The notes: generated by a model not told the origin, from the sequence alone. Numbered from the stretch's first letter, positions 1 through 13,110 are shown. The stretch: DNA of 33,000 nucleotides from Octopus sinensis (GCF_006345805.1 NC_042998.1:29884001-29917000), one strand, 5' to 3'. Numbers and translations are program-made.

Positions 1-39
1 TGAAGCTATAAGTAAAGGAATTTGATATGACGCTCATCA

Positions 40-46
40 GCTATAT

Positions 47-79
<33 letters not shown>

Positions 80-246
80 TTGTATATATAATATATATGT
101 GTGTGTATATGTGCATATACATGCGTGTAGGCGTATGTGTGTATAGGTATGTATATAAATATATATAAGTATATATATATATATATAAATATCCATACCT
201 ACACACGCCTACACGCATGTATATGCACATATACATACATACATAG

Positions 247-277
<31 letters not shown>

Positions 278-322
278 ATATATATTCATACCTATAAACA
301 CACGCCTACACGCATGTATATG

Positions 323-386
<64 letters not shown>

Positions 387-432
387 CGTACACGCACGCA
401 CACACATACACGCATATGTGTATGTGTGTGTA
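40..432. repeat. (TA)n/(CA)n/(TG)n microsatellite block
   Basis: Directly visible dinucleotide runs; source of the spurious Y/I/H/T-rich ORFs. Confidence 0.95.
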
Positions 433-2626
433 AATTCTATGATCCACATTCATAAAATTCCCCATTAGATACAAGCGAACGATTTTATCGTTTATCTGGT
501 TTCAGCGTTTTAAAATCTGAATGAGAAAACGCAGAGAAATCCGATGAATTGATCTATTTTGATAAGTTCACTTTGTATTTGAAAATGCAGGAACTCCTAG
601 ATTAGATAAAAGGTTTATACACACCGATATATTTTTGCCTTGAATGAACCATTTGAAAAGACTAATTTAAGCTAATGATTATGAAGGCATAGTGGCAGAA
701 GAGGAGCATTGTGCCGTTACTTTCCGAATGAGCATTGTAACAAGTTCAATGAAATAATTACCCATAATATACTGGAATTTATCTGAGTTCTTTATACTCC
801 CTCACACAATCTGACCTTGTCAAATGTCAAAAGTAATCAATATATAAATACACATTTTTTGCCCATTATTATGGGCATTGATTTTTGTTATACTTCTGAC
901 ACAAGATAGTATCACACTTCACGCCTGAAGAAGATCAATTTTTTTTTTCTAGCACAGTATTTCTAATGAACGCAAACTGAACTAATTTATATAAGGTTAA
1001 GTATGTGGGTAGATCTCGGACTAAATTACATTCTTTGTTTTCCCGGAACCATTCTTTAATAACCTTATGCGGTCCCTGGGTATCTGTAGCGTAGTCCTCC
1101 CTGTTTTGGGTCAGGTCGTCTGCTTAAAAAATAACCGAACCTCAACTGCTTCTTAAACCAGACTTTTGGAACCTTCGGAAACGTCATCGCCTGTTTTACC
1201 TTCATAAAAAAATACTGTTATGGACAGTGTAGTGAAAAGAACCGTCGTATAATTATTTAGCATTACTTTTAAGAAATAATGGATATAGATAAAGAAACAA
1301 TTCACAAAGCAAAACAACTAATGGAATTCTGCTGCAATTCCGTATTATGTAACTGGTATTGTTGTACCCGTTGCAGTAACGCAAAACACCTCAGTTTTGA
1401 TCGAAGTAGTTACAATTACATTTATATAAATATCATAAAATCTAACCAGATCAGAAGAAACAGCAATGTCACATGTATTTCTAATAATAGTAAAGGAGTA
1501 GAAGTTTCGAGGATGGATATAGTTGATTCAATATAATACATATTATGCTTTCCAGGTCCGGGGTTTATGAAAGGTAAAGTTAATGTTGACAGTATCTGGA
1601 TTCACAAACATATCACAAGATGTTTTTTTCTCCGACTTAGCGGAAGCCAAATATTGGTGAATGGATATAAAACAAGTTCAATTCTTTCTACTAAAAATAT
1701 CAACCGCCTTCGCAACGAAACTAACTCTAAATAATACAATGCTGCAGTATCTAAAACTAAATATGCACCAAAGCAATGTCTGTATATATCCATGGCTTGC
1801 TTACACCTGTACTATTTTTATGCCACTCAGTCTTCCCTACGTAATATCAAATATATATATATATATATATATTTACTATATATGTATGTATTTGAATGAT
1901 ATATCTTAGCTGTTAAGTGTTCTCAATTTTCACTCCATGCATCTTTTAAGTTAATAACTGACTATTAAGTTAACAACTGAGGATTTTTCAAAATTTGCGA
2001 TGTTTTGCCAAATTTCGAGATCAATATTTTTTGCAACAACGTTTCTATTGAAATGGTGTTTGTAAATATATTTTCTTCTCTAAAAGCTTTTGATATATTC
2101 ATGGACAGTTTCTACACTTGAAGTTTATGGAAAAACTGAAAATAAAACAGATTTTGTACTGCCTAATTCAGAATGGAGCATACAAAAATATATCTCCACA
2201 ACAACTAGCTGCCCATGTACATCATCAGTTCACACCACTCACATTCCGCCACTCACTCCTTACAAAACATTACCAAATATTCTATCAAATATTCCAATAA
2301 TCAAATACAGTAGAGAATCAATTGAAAAACTCTATATGTGATCATTCGAACCTGCTAGAAATACTAACCAAAATACCTTCACGTAAATTTCTGCTTCACT
2401 AAAGGTGCACACACACAGGTATACGGTCATACACTCCTCTTATACACACACACACACACATATACGTGCCCCTTATACTTTCTCTCTCTCTCATGCACAC
2501 ACAACACCAGCATAGAAATGCACACCCACCCGCACACATGGAAACACTCACCTACACATGTAGTCTCACCTGCACACAGTTCTCCACTACCGGACGCTCG
2601 TGAATTACACCTAACTCGCTAACAGG

Positions 2627-2699
<73 letters not shown>

Positions 2700-2756
2700 T
2701 ATATATTGATACTTACATTATATATTTATATTTATACGCACACACACACACATATA

Positions 2757-2805
<49 letters not shown>

Positions 2806-2837
2806 CACACACACATTTACAGGTACACAGACATATA

Positions 2838-3687
2838 TACAGGGTGCTGTGACTAAACTGTCGTCTAAATTAAAATACCACCGATATCTCATTTTAACAG
2901 ATATATTTACCTAAATTACATAAAAATATCTTGAAATACTAAGGAGTAAATTTATTCAATAAAATCGTCATTGGCTTCAACCACAGCCTCCAGACGACTT
3001 TGGAATCTCCTGCAACTCTTCTGGACGGTCTTCATGTTTAATTTGGTGAATGCTGCCATAATCCTTGCCCTCAGTTCATCTTTAGTGATAGAAGGACTTT
3101 TGTTGGTCTCTCATTCAACTGTGCCCCACACATAATAATCAATGGGACAGCAGTCAGGGAGTTAGGTGCCCAGATGTTAAGGTTGATGTGGCCGCAGATA
3201 TTGACAACCATGACTGGGTTCTCCTGCTTGTGTGGCATAGTGCAGAGTCCTGTAGCCAGGCATAGGGTCTTCCAGCAGCCACCCACTTAACCCACGACAG
3301 CACTACCTCCTCCAGGAACTTGATCTAGGCCTCCTTGTTGAGTCCGAGGCCGTGTGATAAGATGAATGGAGGCATAAAATCGTCATCACTAGTGATCACT
3401 CCAAAACCCATGATGGTGACTGGACGTTTGATTTTTATCACTCTCAGTACATGTCCCTCAAATTGACACCCAAATACTCTGAAATTTTGGTACAGGATCT
3501 TCCGACGTGAATACACAGGATGCCGTTTCCAAATTTCTGGCAGACTGAACTGCGTCATGGTGCTGTCTTTTTCTCACAGACGGTGTCCAACTGACCCTAC
3601 CATACTCTGTGATCGAAAAATCAAAAACAAAGTGCATGCGCGAAATTACAAATATAATATGCATCAATTTATCCATTGCACACTATA
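2838..3687 (-). mobile_element. Internally deleted Tc1/mariner element, maT (DD37D)-like, with frameshifted transposase C-terminus (about 3420 to 2952)
   Basis: Joined minus frames read IKRPVTIMGFGVITSDDDFMPPF..LEEVVLSWVK..WLQDSALCHTSRRTQSWL..NIWAPNS(L)DCCPIDYYVWG..KDELRARIMAAF..CRRFQSRLEAVVEANDDFIE*. After repairing two frameshifts there are 37 residues between the QD and PID aspartates. TA|CAGGGTG terminus at 2838; a degenerate matching end (16/23) at 3665-3687. Confidence 0.85.
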
Positions 3688-4629
3688 TATAATTCTTCTT
3701 ACATTGATTTGGCTCACTATATATGTGCCGGTGTATATGCATTATATATGTAAGGGCAATTTTAATACTCAATGAATATATAAGACTTAGTTCGCTTTAA
3801 AATGAAACGAACTTGTTAAAAAGTTTTCAGAATATAAAGCCACATGATTATGTTACTGCCGGGAGATAAATGCATCAATAAATATTGTATATATAAGAAA
3901 GTATGTGGTTTATATTATGAACAAATCAATAAGTTACTGGGCTCGAAGCCAAAGAAAAGGAAAACGATGTTTATATCTCAGCGCAGTCGGTTTAAACCTT
4001 GGCCAATAAATTAAAATTGTGGTTCGTTAGGTTAAAAAAATGAAGGAACATACTTTACACAGTAGACGTACGTTTTTGCCACTGTTTCTGTTCGTAACTC
4101 TTAAATCTGACCTAATCAGCTAGACCCATTAACAAAGGAAGTTCAGCTGTCGCCACGTCATCATTTTAATATGTCCACCTTGTTATGATGGCAAGTTACA
4201 ACCGAAATAACTGAATGGAACTTTGAGTGGCAATTTAAAGCATGTCAATCACTCAACTACGTAAAACCTCATTTATTTACTCGGCTTATAAATAAAAGAT
4301 GAATGTAATTCAGGTCGAACAACCTCCAGCTTTAATACCTGCCTTTCCAATCAATTTAAAATCATTGTGCTGTTGTTGATCCAGAAATGCCATTGCTAAG
4401 TCATCACTGATTGGTGAGACTAAACTTGTGTTCGAATGGTTATAGTGGTTTCCAGCCCGTGTTTTTTAAGTACCTTGGATTTACATTATTGAATATGAAA
4501 TTTTCTTTCTTTTAATAAGCTAAAGTTTGCTGTTTGAGGTAAATTTAGCTTACCTTTCTTGCAAGACAAGAGTCTATTTAGAGATTTCTTTGGAGGCAGA
4601 AAACTTAACTAGCATTTACATAAACGACT

Positions 4630-4660
<31 letters not shown>

Positions 4661-4702
4661 GCACACCTAGATACATTATATCTCTCTATCTATCTATCGA
4701 TC

Positions 4703-4733
<31 letters not shown>

Positions 4734-5344
4734 ATACACACGCAGAGGCACATGCACACACACATAATTTTAAAGTCACCAACTTATTTCGCAAAATGAA
4801 TACCTTTCTTTTAATTCTTTTGTATTCTATATTGTTTCACTTTACAGTATATTATTTCATGTCCTTTCCCCCGTTTTATTGCATCTTATCTTGTGTTTTA
4901 TTTTATCTAATTTTCTTTTCTTATCTTCCTCTCCATCTCTCCTACGGTTTTACTGTTATCTTACTAAACAACAACACATTAAGCGCGCGAGTGTGTGTGT
5001 GTGTGTAGTACCGAAAGGTGAACAAATGTACAGCCATTGTACGACAATTCATTTCGACAGTGTTAATAACACACCAACAAATATCAATGAGCTCCGGCAG
5101 ACAATAGATAATATATGAATCGGTTGTAAAATATGAAATAGGCACAAAGCCTTAACAAACTGCGCTACTCGCACTGTATGGATATATATATATAGTTAAT
5201 CCAAACATGAAAACACAAAGAGAAAACACAACAAGCGAGGACGTGGAACAAGTATAATTTCATTGGACGCTCAGGGGGGTATGTTGTGTGTGTGTGTGTG
5301 TGTGTGTATAATATATATATATATATATATATGAATTTTTAAAT

Positions 5345-5574
5345 AATGAGGGAGATAAATTTAATATTAATTTAATTAATATCAATTTAAAACCAGTAGC
5401 CTAGCATACAAAAATCTGAAAAATCAGAGAAAATTCTAATACATGTATATATTTAATATATGCTAGAAGTAGATCACCTACAATCAAACTACAAAGAAAA
5501 GAATGTTCTCCAGAGGAATTTCTAGCATACGGCTGACCACCTAGTGGTTCTGCCCTTTAATATAGACATGTATC

Positions 5575-5637
<63 letters not shown>

Positions 5638-5932
5638 ATATGTATACACACAAAATTTAGAGAACTGACCACTAAAAGTGGAGGGCCTGTATGCGAGATA
5701 TAGACGTCGCTTAGTTTACACTTTGTTTTTATGCTGAGTTTTTTCTGGAGAACATATTCTTCGTGGAAAAAGGTGACTTGACGTCTATATCTAGCATACA
5801 GGCCCTCCACTTTAAGTGGTCACTTCTCTAAATTTTGTATGTAAAAAAAATTTCATCTTCGGATTTTTTAAAAATATGCTAGGTTACCGGTTTTAATTGA
5901 TTAAGATCAATTTCTACCCTTATTTAATTTTA
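5345..5932. repeat. Outer diverged inverted repeat (about 5345-5425 vs 5855-5932) of a dispersed AT-rich repeat family
   Basis: ATCAATTTAAAACCAGTAGCCTAGCATAC is inverted relative to ATATGCTAGGTTACCGGTTTTAATTGAT; another copy of the right arm lies at 23024-23098. Confidence 0.55.
5645..5843. mobile_element. Fold-back / MITE-like element with 64-bp inverted arms and a 71-nt spacer
   Basis: 5645-5708 is the reverse complement of 5780-5843 with 4 mismatches and no gaps; both ends are TA. Confidence 0.7.
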
Positions 5933-6504
5933 AATATATATATATATTTCTCTCAGAAAAAAGTTTGGCACTTTATATTGCTATCAAAAATATATTAAAA
6001 TGCACGCTGCTTTCAACTTCTTATACACGGCGTATGAGATTTGGCGAATGATTACGACTGCTACCTGAAAGTGTACTCACTTTGTTTATATATTCACTTA
6101 GGTGAATATATACACAAAGCCTTAACGTATTCAATTAACATCCTTATGGCAACTTTTAGTGACTCTTTTTACGCAACAGTTACCGTTTATCTGGCATACA
6201 TCAATAGAACAACTACGTTGTATTCCTATAAGAATTACGGAAGTCCGTGCGCCTCATTTGGTGACATTAGCACAAAATACCTAACTGCATTATCTTGACT
6301 GCTAGTTACAAATATTCCATTTTGTTTCAGGTATTAGCGTTAGAGACTACAACACATTCTTCTTTCTGACATGAAAGATGTTATCGTAAAAGTTCATAAT
6401 TTCATACTCTGTCTGCGTAGCGTCTTCCCATCTGACGGCATTACCTCGCATAAAAAAAGTCTGTATCATCATCATCGTCATCACTATCATTATTATTGTT
6501 ACTA

Positions 6505-6891
6505 TTAATGGAAGCACTCCGTCGGTTACGACGGCGAGCGTTCCTGTTGATCCGATCAATGGAACAGCCTGCTCGTGAAATTAACGTGTAAGTGGCTGAG
6601 CACTCCACAGACACGTGTACCCTTAACGTAGTTCTCTGGGATATTCAGCGTGACACAGAGAGTGACAAGGCCGGCCCTTTGAAATACAGGTACAACAGAA
6701 ACGGGAAGAAAGGGTGAGAGAAAGTTGCGGTGAAAGAGTACAGCAGGGATCACCACCATCCCTCCCGGAGCCTCGTGGAGCTTTAGGTGTTTTCGCTCAA
6801 TAAACACTCACAACGCCCGGTCTGGGAATCGAAACCGCGATCCTATGACCCCGAGTCCGCTGCCCTAACCAATGGGCCATTGCGCCTCCAC
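6505..6891 (-). mobile_element. tRNA-derived SINE (family C here), near full length, with (GAT/AAT)n tail at about 6465-6505
   Basis: Minus-strand head GGAGGCGCAATGGCCCATTGGTTAGGGCAGCGG..GGTTTCGATTCCC has A- and B-box-like motifs; 3' stem-loop CCGTCG-GTTA-CGACGG; simple-repeat tail. Confidence 0.75.
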
Positions 6892-7431
6892 TGTTACTAT
6901 TAATATTAAGCAGCTGATGATATCAACGTGACATTGGTGTATAAATATACGAAGTCCAATATAATCATCATAAACTACCTGTCTGATAAGGTACACCAGG
7001 CACATGTACCACAACCATCTGTCCGCGACATTGTTATCTCATGGCAAGATAAAAAATGCATGACCTTGCAGGTGGGGCCCAGTTAGAATTTTCTCAGCCC
7101 ATCCCAAGTAAGGGCTGTTTAAGGATGTTGAACGAACCACCCATGATTCGTGAGGTGAGTTATACAAACCCCAATGAATCCCCCTTAACACATGTCTATG
7201 ATGCTCCCCCAGTACTTCTGCCCGTGATCAGAGATGCACATATCGTCAGCCACCAAGGGACATGCTCAACTGGTTATGGTCAAGCAAGTGACAAGCAAAT
7301 CTGTCGTATTGAGCAGAATATTTGCTGTGGCTCAACATTTAAACCAAGACAAAATAATGTATTTCATAAGACTTCCAATCGGTTAAGATCAGAAACTATG
7401 AGAGCCACTGCCTGGTACTGCATTAGGGAAT

Positions 7432-7643
7432 TTATTATTATTATTTTCATTGTTCCCCCCCAGTTAAAGCTGTTGTCTGAGTATGTTCTACCCTCATGTC
7501 ACTCTACGACAATTTCTCCAACACCTGGTCGTTAATGCTCCCAATATCCCTACAACTACTGGGACGATAGTCACTTTCTTCATTCCCCACATTCGGGTAA
7601 TCGCACCTTTTAGTGGCATGTATTTCTCAATATATTGTGGTTC

Positions 7644-7646
<3 letters not shown>
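7432..7646 (-). mobile_element. R4/Dong-type RLE non-LTR retrotransposon, copy X (C-terminal fragment)
   Basis: IEKYMPLKGAITRMWGMKKVTIVPVVVGILGALT matches the RLE C-terminal pattern (K..KY..L...i...W....v..vPvvvGalG); flanked by (TAA)n on both sides. Confidence 0.75.
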
Positions 7647-7679
<33 letters not shown>

Positions 7680-7680
<1 letters not shown>

Positions 7681-8945
7681 AATTCGTGACACAGTATCCA
7701 ACATCGTGATGTTGTTGATTGAAACCCCGGTTTGTTCTGTCTGTCAAGTTTCAACAAGGATCTCAGACAGACAGTACTCTACGGAATTTGTGTACAGTTC
7801 TAAGTAATGCCAATTTTTGCAATACACCTAGATTGTAGGTTATTTCTAAAGTTTCCAGATGTTTTTTTTCAGGTTCAGTGGTGTTGAACCCAATTCTCCG
7901 ATGACAATAGGGACAAACTTTATGTTTGACTCTCGTAGCTGCCACATCCTAACGATCTCAATTCTCAGGTCTCCAAATTCATCAATCTTTTCTCTTTTTT
8001 TTGGCCCTTCCACACCGATTACTAGTCACTCTTGTTTGTCCATCCTAAAGGTTACCATATCCGGCCTCCGGTGCTCTAACACCTTGTCTCTTTGGAAGTC
8101 AAAGTCTCAGAGGATTTTTATCTTTCTCTTTTCGTCCATTACATTTTCCGGTTCATGTTGGTACCAAGCACCTATTACCTCGTAACCATACTTCCAGCAT
8201 TTTAACCAGTGAAGCTTTTAGGCTACCTTATCGTCTTTACGCCTGTACTCATTCTGCCCAAGACTTACACAAACATTAACAATGTGAGTCATGTTTTCGA
8301 CCCTCTTCCTACACATTCTGAAGAAGTGCGTTGCACTTGTATAGTATATATACTTTTTCACTGAAATGGTATCCAATGCCTGTTCCTGGGCAACGATAGA
8401 CATGCTTTCAGTTTTCTATTTTAGGCCAGCTTTGCTGAGCCACCTCCATGATACTTCCTGATCTTTTAATTTGTCAGTTTCATAGTGGAACTGACCATGT
8501 AATTCCATGCGGAGTAGGGCTTCCTCTCTTTTGTTGGCGATTCGTGATCGGAATACGTAAGCACTCTGAAGACCATGTTTGGTAAATCCTTCTGCATTAG
8601 CAGCATACTCTAGCAGGTCTTGTTTGCTGTTTACCAAATATTTTGCCATGTTTCTTCTTACACTGTTGATGTACTCCTGTACGCTAATAAAACCACGTTC
8701 ACCTTTACACCTCATGTAAAGTCTGTGTACGTTCTCCTAAGGGTGAAGGGCACCATGCTTTGTCATCGTCCTCCGGGTAGTACGATCGAGTTGGTTAACC
8801 TCCGGTTGTGTCCACTTCAGGAAGAATGCACTATAACGGACTACAGCTGCAGCCCATATGTTGATGACAGTCACAAGGTCCCGCGAGTTGAGTTTTGATC
8901 TGAAGAAAAGTTTGATGCGCTTCAAATGTGCAGTGATAACCTGCA
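7680..8945 (-). mobile_element. R4/Dong-type RLE non-LTR retrotransposon, copy Y (RT thumb, CCHC knuckle, RLE, 3' UTR; broken)
   Basis: SKLNSRDLVTVINIWAAAVVRYSA..LDRTTRRTMTKHGALHP; LHGQF..WRWL; AQEQAL..FRMCRKRVENMTHIVNVC; KILWDFDFQRDKVLEHRRPDMV; VPIVIGELG..LQKLALLRTVHKFRRVLSV* (stop at 7763); about 80-nt 3' UTR, then (TAA)n. Confidence 0.9.
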
Positions 8946-10887
8946 TATTTATCCTCATTATTCTCATATACACACAACAAGTAACCTTAGATGCCAAGAA
9001 CCCACCTAAGTAACCTAGGTGTCCTTAATAATACTGTTTTCTAGAGATGTACTAAACTGGGTTTTTGCCTATTTCCTCTATCCATCTGTTCAGATCTTTA
9101 GGGATAGTTTCCAATGCCCTATAACTACTGGGTAACACTTTACCCGCACTTTCCATAGTCTCTGTAATTCAATAGCTAGGTCCTGGTACTTTGCTATTTT
9201 CGTATACCGTTCATATTGGTTTTTTCCTCATTTAGAACTGTCAACTTAATTATCTGGTACTTTCTATTCTCTTAATCTGCTACTACTAAATCAGTTCTTT
9301 TTAGCTTCTATTAGTCTCTCGGTCTGAACATTAAAGTCCCACAACATCTTGTTTTTCTTACTTTCTAGTACTTTACTAGGTTTATGTTCATACCATTTAT
9401 TAGCATGTTCGAATCCTAGCTTTCTACAGAACACCCTGTGGGTTACTCTCCCTTGTTTGTCATGTATTTTCTTATATTCTTTCGGTGCCAGTATGCTACA
9501 TTTACTTGCTATATGAGTAACATTTCCTCTTTTGAATTGCATAAACTACATTGGGAATCTACTTGAGTTTTGTCTATCTTTAATGCTTGATCTTGTGCAG
9601 CTACAAACAAACTTTCTGACTCCCTTTTCAGCTTTCCTTTCTGCAATGGAATCCATGTCTCACTAGTATTATTTGCAGCAACAATCTTTAGGAATCTACC
9701 ATGCAACGCCTTCTTCTTCTAGTCAAATCATTTCTGTTCTTAGTTCTGGTTTTAACTTCGTTTGGGTTTATGGTCTTGCTGTGACTCTAGCAGCTTTTAA
9801 TAAACTTTCTTCTCTATTACCTCTATTACCTATTCTCTATATCCACCCTAGGTAACTCCACGCAGTCTTCTACTAATAGTTTCCGTCTTCCACCTTCCTT
9901 TCTAGGTAAATATAATCTTGCCCCCTATTGAATTACTTCCAAGTTCTTCTGTCCAGCTTTGTTAATTCCGATTTTGTAAAATCTACAAAAGCTGCTGAGT
10001 ATCTAAGAATGCCCAAGTATTGACAGCCTTTACTAGATTCGGATCATTCAGCTCTGACTTCATTAGCTTCCTCACTCTTCTGACGTACTCCTTCTCGATT
10101 TTCGTTTACATTTCTGTAGTTAGTACTCTGTCGGATTCTAATACTCCTAGGTACTTATAACTCTCCTCCTTTCAATGATTTTAATGTCTGCCCATCTGGT
10201 GATTGGATGCCTTCGCACTTGACAACCTGTCCCCTTCTCATGACTAATATTGCACACTTATCTATGACAAATTCCACGCCCATATCTTTGCTGAAGAGTC
10301 TTAAAGTCGGTATTAAGGAATCTGTCTCTTTTTCATTCTTACTAAAATGCATCAGATCACCCATGTAGAGTAAATGGTAACTTTTTCCCTTACTGTTTCT
10401 GAACAGAAACCTTGCCTTTCCCTTCCTTAATACTGAGTGGGGTCAAACATACGACAACAGGAAAGGAGTCAACGAGTACCCCTGGAAAATTTGATATTAA
10501 CTTTTCCTCATAGTTGTCACCTGAGTAGAGATCTACTTTCCATTTCTTCATGTTACAGCTAATTAATTCTCTTATGCTGTCTGCTATACTGAATATACTC
10601 AAACATTCACTTATCCAAGAGTGAGGGATCACGTCATAGGCTTTCCTATAATCTTTCCATGCAGTTGTTAGGTTTTTCATTCTAAATTTTACTTCATTTA
10701 GTACGGCTTTGTCTACGTATAATAGATCATGCGTTCCTCTAGCCTTCTTCCTGCAACGCTTTTGTTCTGGCAGTAAATTCTGGATGTCAAGGTGTTCGAA
10801 GATACTTTGTGAAAGCATTTCTGTTAACAGCTTCCACACTAATAATGGGAAGCAAGTGATTGGTCTATAGTTGGACTATCATTGGTC

Positions 10888-10888
<1 letters not shown>
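8946..10888 (-). mobile_element. R4/Dong-type RLE non-LTR retrotransposon, copy Z (5'-truncated: RT to C-terminus; frameshifted)
   Basis: NYRPITCFP..WKLLT..LLPEQKRCRKKARGTHDLLYVDK..AWKDYRKAYDVIPHSWI; HLLYMGDL (decayed YxDD); YKYLGVLE; AAQDQAL..CSLCNS..THIASKC; MLWDFNVQTERLIEA; C-terminal LLRTPRLLRWVLGI* (stop at 8987). Confidence 0.9.

Positions 10889-10928
<40 letters not shown>
10888..10928. repeat. (TAA)n microsatellite at the 5' junction of copy Z; similar tracts at 7432-7445 and 7647-7679
   Basis: Directly visible. Confidence 0.95.
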
Positions 10929-10929
<1 letters not shown>

Positions 10930-11018
10930 AATGGTGAGGTAGAAAAGTCGTCAGCACGCCAAACAGTATTATTATCATTATTAGTATTGTTGTTGATGTT
11001 GATATTACTATTAATCTT

Positions 11019-11232
11019 AAGGTGGTGAGCTGGCAGGATCGGTAGCACGCCTGCTAAAATGCTTGGTAGTTTTTCGTCTGTGTTTACGTCCTGAGTTCAA
11101 ATTCCACTGAGGTCGGCTTTGCCTTCCTTCTATCATTACGGGCCGATAAGGAGCGTTGAACACTGTGGTCGATATTATTGACTCATCCTCTTCCCCAAAA
11201 TTGGGGCACTTGTGGTAAAATCTAAAGCCATT
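11019..11232 (+). mobile_element. tRNA-derived SINE family A, type-1 tail, diverged
   Basis: GGTGGTGAGCTGGCAGGATCGGTAGCACGCC..GAGTTCAAATT (B box)..GTCGGCTTTGCCTT..CCCCAAAATT; aligns to the other family-A copies. Confidence 0.75.
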
Positions 11233-11252
11233 ATTATTGTTAATCCAAAAAT

Positions 11253-11462
11253 AACGAGCTGACAGATTCGTTAGCATGGCGGGCAAAATGTTTAGCGGTA
11301 TTATGTCTGTCGCCACGATACGAGTTCAAATTCCACCGAAGTCGATTCGTCTTTCGTCCTTTCGGTTTCGATAAATTAAGAACCAGTGAAACACAGGAGT
11401 CGATGTAATCGACTAGTCCCCTACCCGCAAACTTCAGGCCTTCTGCCTTTAGTAGAAAGAAT
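11253..11462 (+). mobile_element. tRNA-derived SINE family A, type-1 tail, diverged
   Basis: GAGCTGACAGATTCGTTAGCA..GAGTTCAAATTCCACCG..TCGATAAATTAAG..CAGGCCTT..AGTAGAAAGA. Confidence 0.75.
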
Positions 11463-12734
11463 TTTTGTTATTAAAATTGAGAGGCGAAAAGAGAGTTGAA
11501 CACCGAACGAATTGTCTCACTTCAGCTGTTCATACCCCATGCGTTGTCCGAAAAATTCCTCCAAGGTTGAAAAATATGTATGAGGGAATTGCGTTAACGA
11601 ATTATCTTCGCGGTACAATTCTGCAAGAATGTAGCCTTGCATCTGCGTTTGAAATCCTAACTACAATCATTCTTAATCTTGCAAACAAGATGAATGATAA
11701 TTGGAAGGAATGGAGATGAAAAACGAGAACTATATCTCTGGATAACGTGTAGATAGTTCCAGATGGCATTGGTTTAATTCATCTTATTTTCACGCAAACA
11801 GTTAATATATTCTGAAATAGTTTTAAAGCGTAGGCTTCAGCTGAATAAATCATAAGTAAAATTGAAATACTGTGTATCAAATTGTCAACTACAACACGTT
11901 TAAAATGGTGCTAAAATAAATTTAAAATATTACTGTATGCAATGAAACACTAAGACACCTTATAATCTAATCATTCATTCATAGAAGAAAGCCATTGCTC
12001 GTATGGCCACAAAAGAATCATAGTCGGGTCGTATATTTTGTCGCGTTTTGAGATTTATAATGATTTTACACATAATGAGGTTATTCATTTACGATGTTAC
12101 TCATAAATAAAAATGAATAATATATTCATAAACGTATAGATACACACACACACACACACAGACACACTCACACGACATACATATGTTTGCATTTATTTAT
12201 GTGTGTAAATATATATATTTATTTATATATTTATTATATATATATATTTAATTTATTATATATTTATATATTTATTTATTTCTATATATATTTATATATT
12301 TATTTATATAATATATATTATATATATATTTTATACATATTTATACATATATTTGTGTGATATATATATTTATATATAATTATTTATATATAGATGATTT
12401 ATAATATACCATTTATTTATATATACATTTATATATATATGTATATATATATATATTTATTTATTTATATATATATATATCTATATATATATATATTTAT
12501 TTATTTATATATACATGTATATATATATTCATAATATATATATATATATTCTTCCTCTGAGGAAGCAGCTAGTTTCTAACAAAGATACAAATCACCATCA
12601 TTGGAAGGTAGACAGAGAACGGAAAGTCATATTTTGAGCTTGGGAAAAAGCCATGCGTAGGATTATTGTGCGTACGTACGTTTCTATGTATGTATGTATG
12701 TATGTCAATATTCAGTTTTATATCAAGATTTCTT

Positions 12735-13110
12735 GCCAAGAGAGAGAAATGGTTTCTAACCTAGATAAAAGGCTCTTTCATTGGAATTTCAACAACATCA
12801 ACAGGGCGTTATTGTATGATTGTATGTATATGTGCAGATTTGTATATTTTGTATGATTTCTAGGTATTCTCATGCATACATTTGCATGTGTAGACATGCT
12901 CAATATACATAAATGATAAACGTCTGGTACGTTTTACAGATTATTACTATTTCAGTGATAGATTGGATCTGTAGTATTTGAAGCAGCTTTCTAGTTTCTG
13001 GTTTTGAGAAGCCTAATTTCTCAAGATAGGTATTTGAACAGTGTGTTACATATATCAGTGGCTCAATAATTAGAGGTATAAACCTCAAATTATAATCTAG
13101 ATAGAGTAGC
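12735..13110 (-). mobile_element. 3' end of another RLE-type non-LTR element (C-terminus plus 3' UTR)
   Basis: RFIPLIIEPLIYVTHCSNTYLEKLGFSKPETRKLLQILQIQSITEIVIICKTYQTFI resembles RLE C-termini (fiPiiiGalGyv...L..lg...lq..si.gtv.I.k.f); followed on the minus strand by an (ACAT)n tract. Confidence 0.55.

Noticed and set aside
1030-1800. GPCR-like hints (minus: LVERIELVLYPF..L*IQILSTLTLPF; plus: FGTFGNVIACF) and a weak LINE C-terminus resemblance
   Set aside because: The hints fall on both strands with many stops and frameshifts, and hydrophobic runs are expected from AT-rich DNA. A tBLASTx/HMM hit would be needed.
1545-4600. Isolated AG/GT micro-exon candidates (about 1556-1573 plus; about 4553-4586 minus)
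   Set aside because: Such splice-like motifs are expected by chance; no coherent protein can be assembled without RNA evidence.
7056-7535. 159-aa plus-strand ORF
   Set aside because: No recognisable domain, and it runs antisense into the R4 fragment. 7000-7430 is probably an interspersed repeat, but there is no second copy here to prove it.
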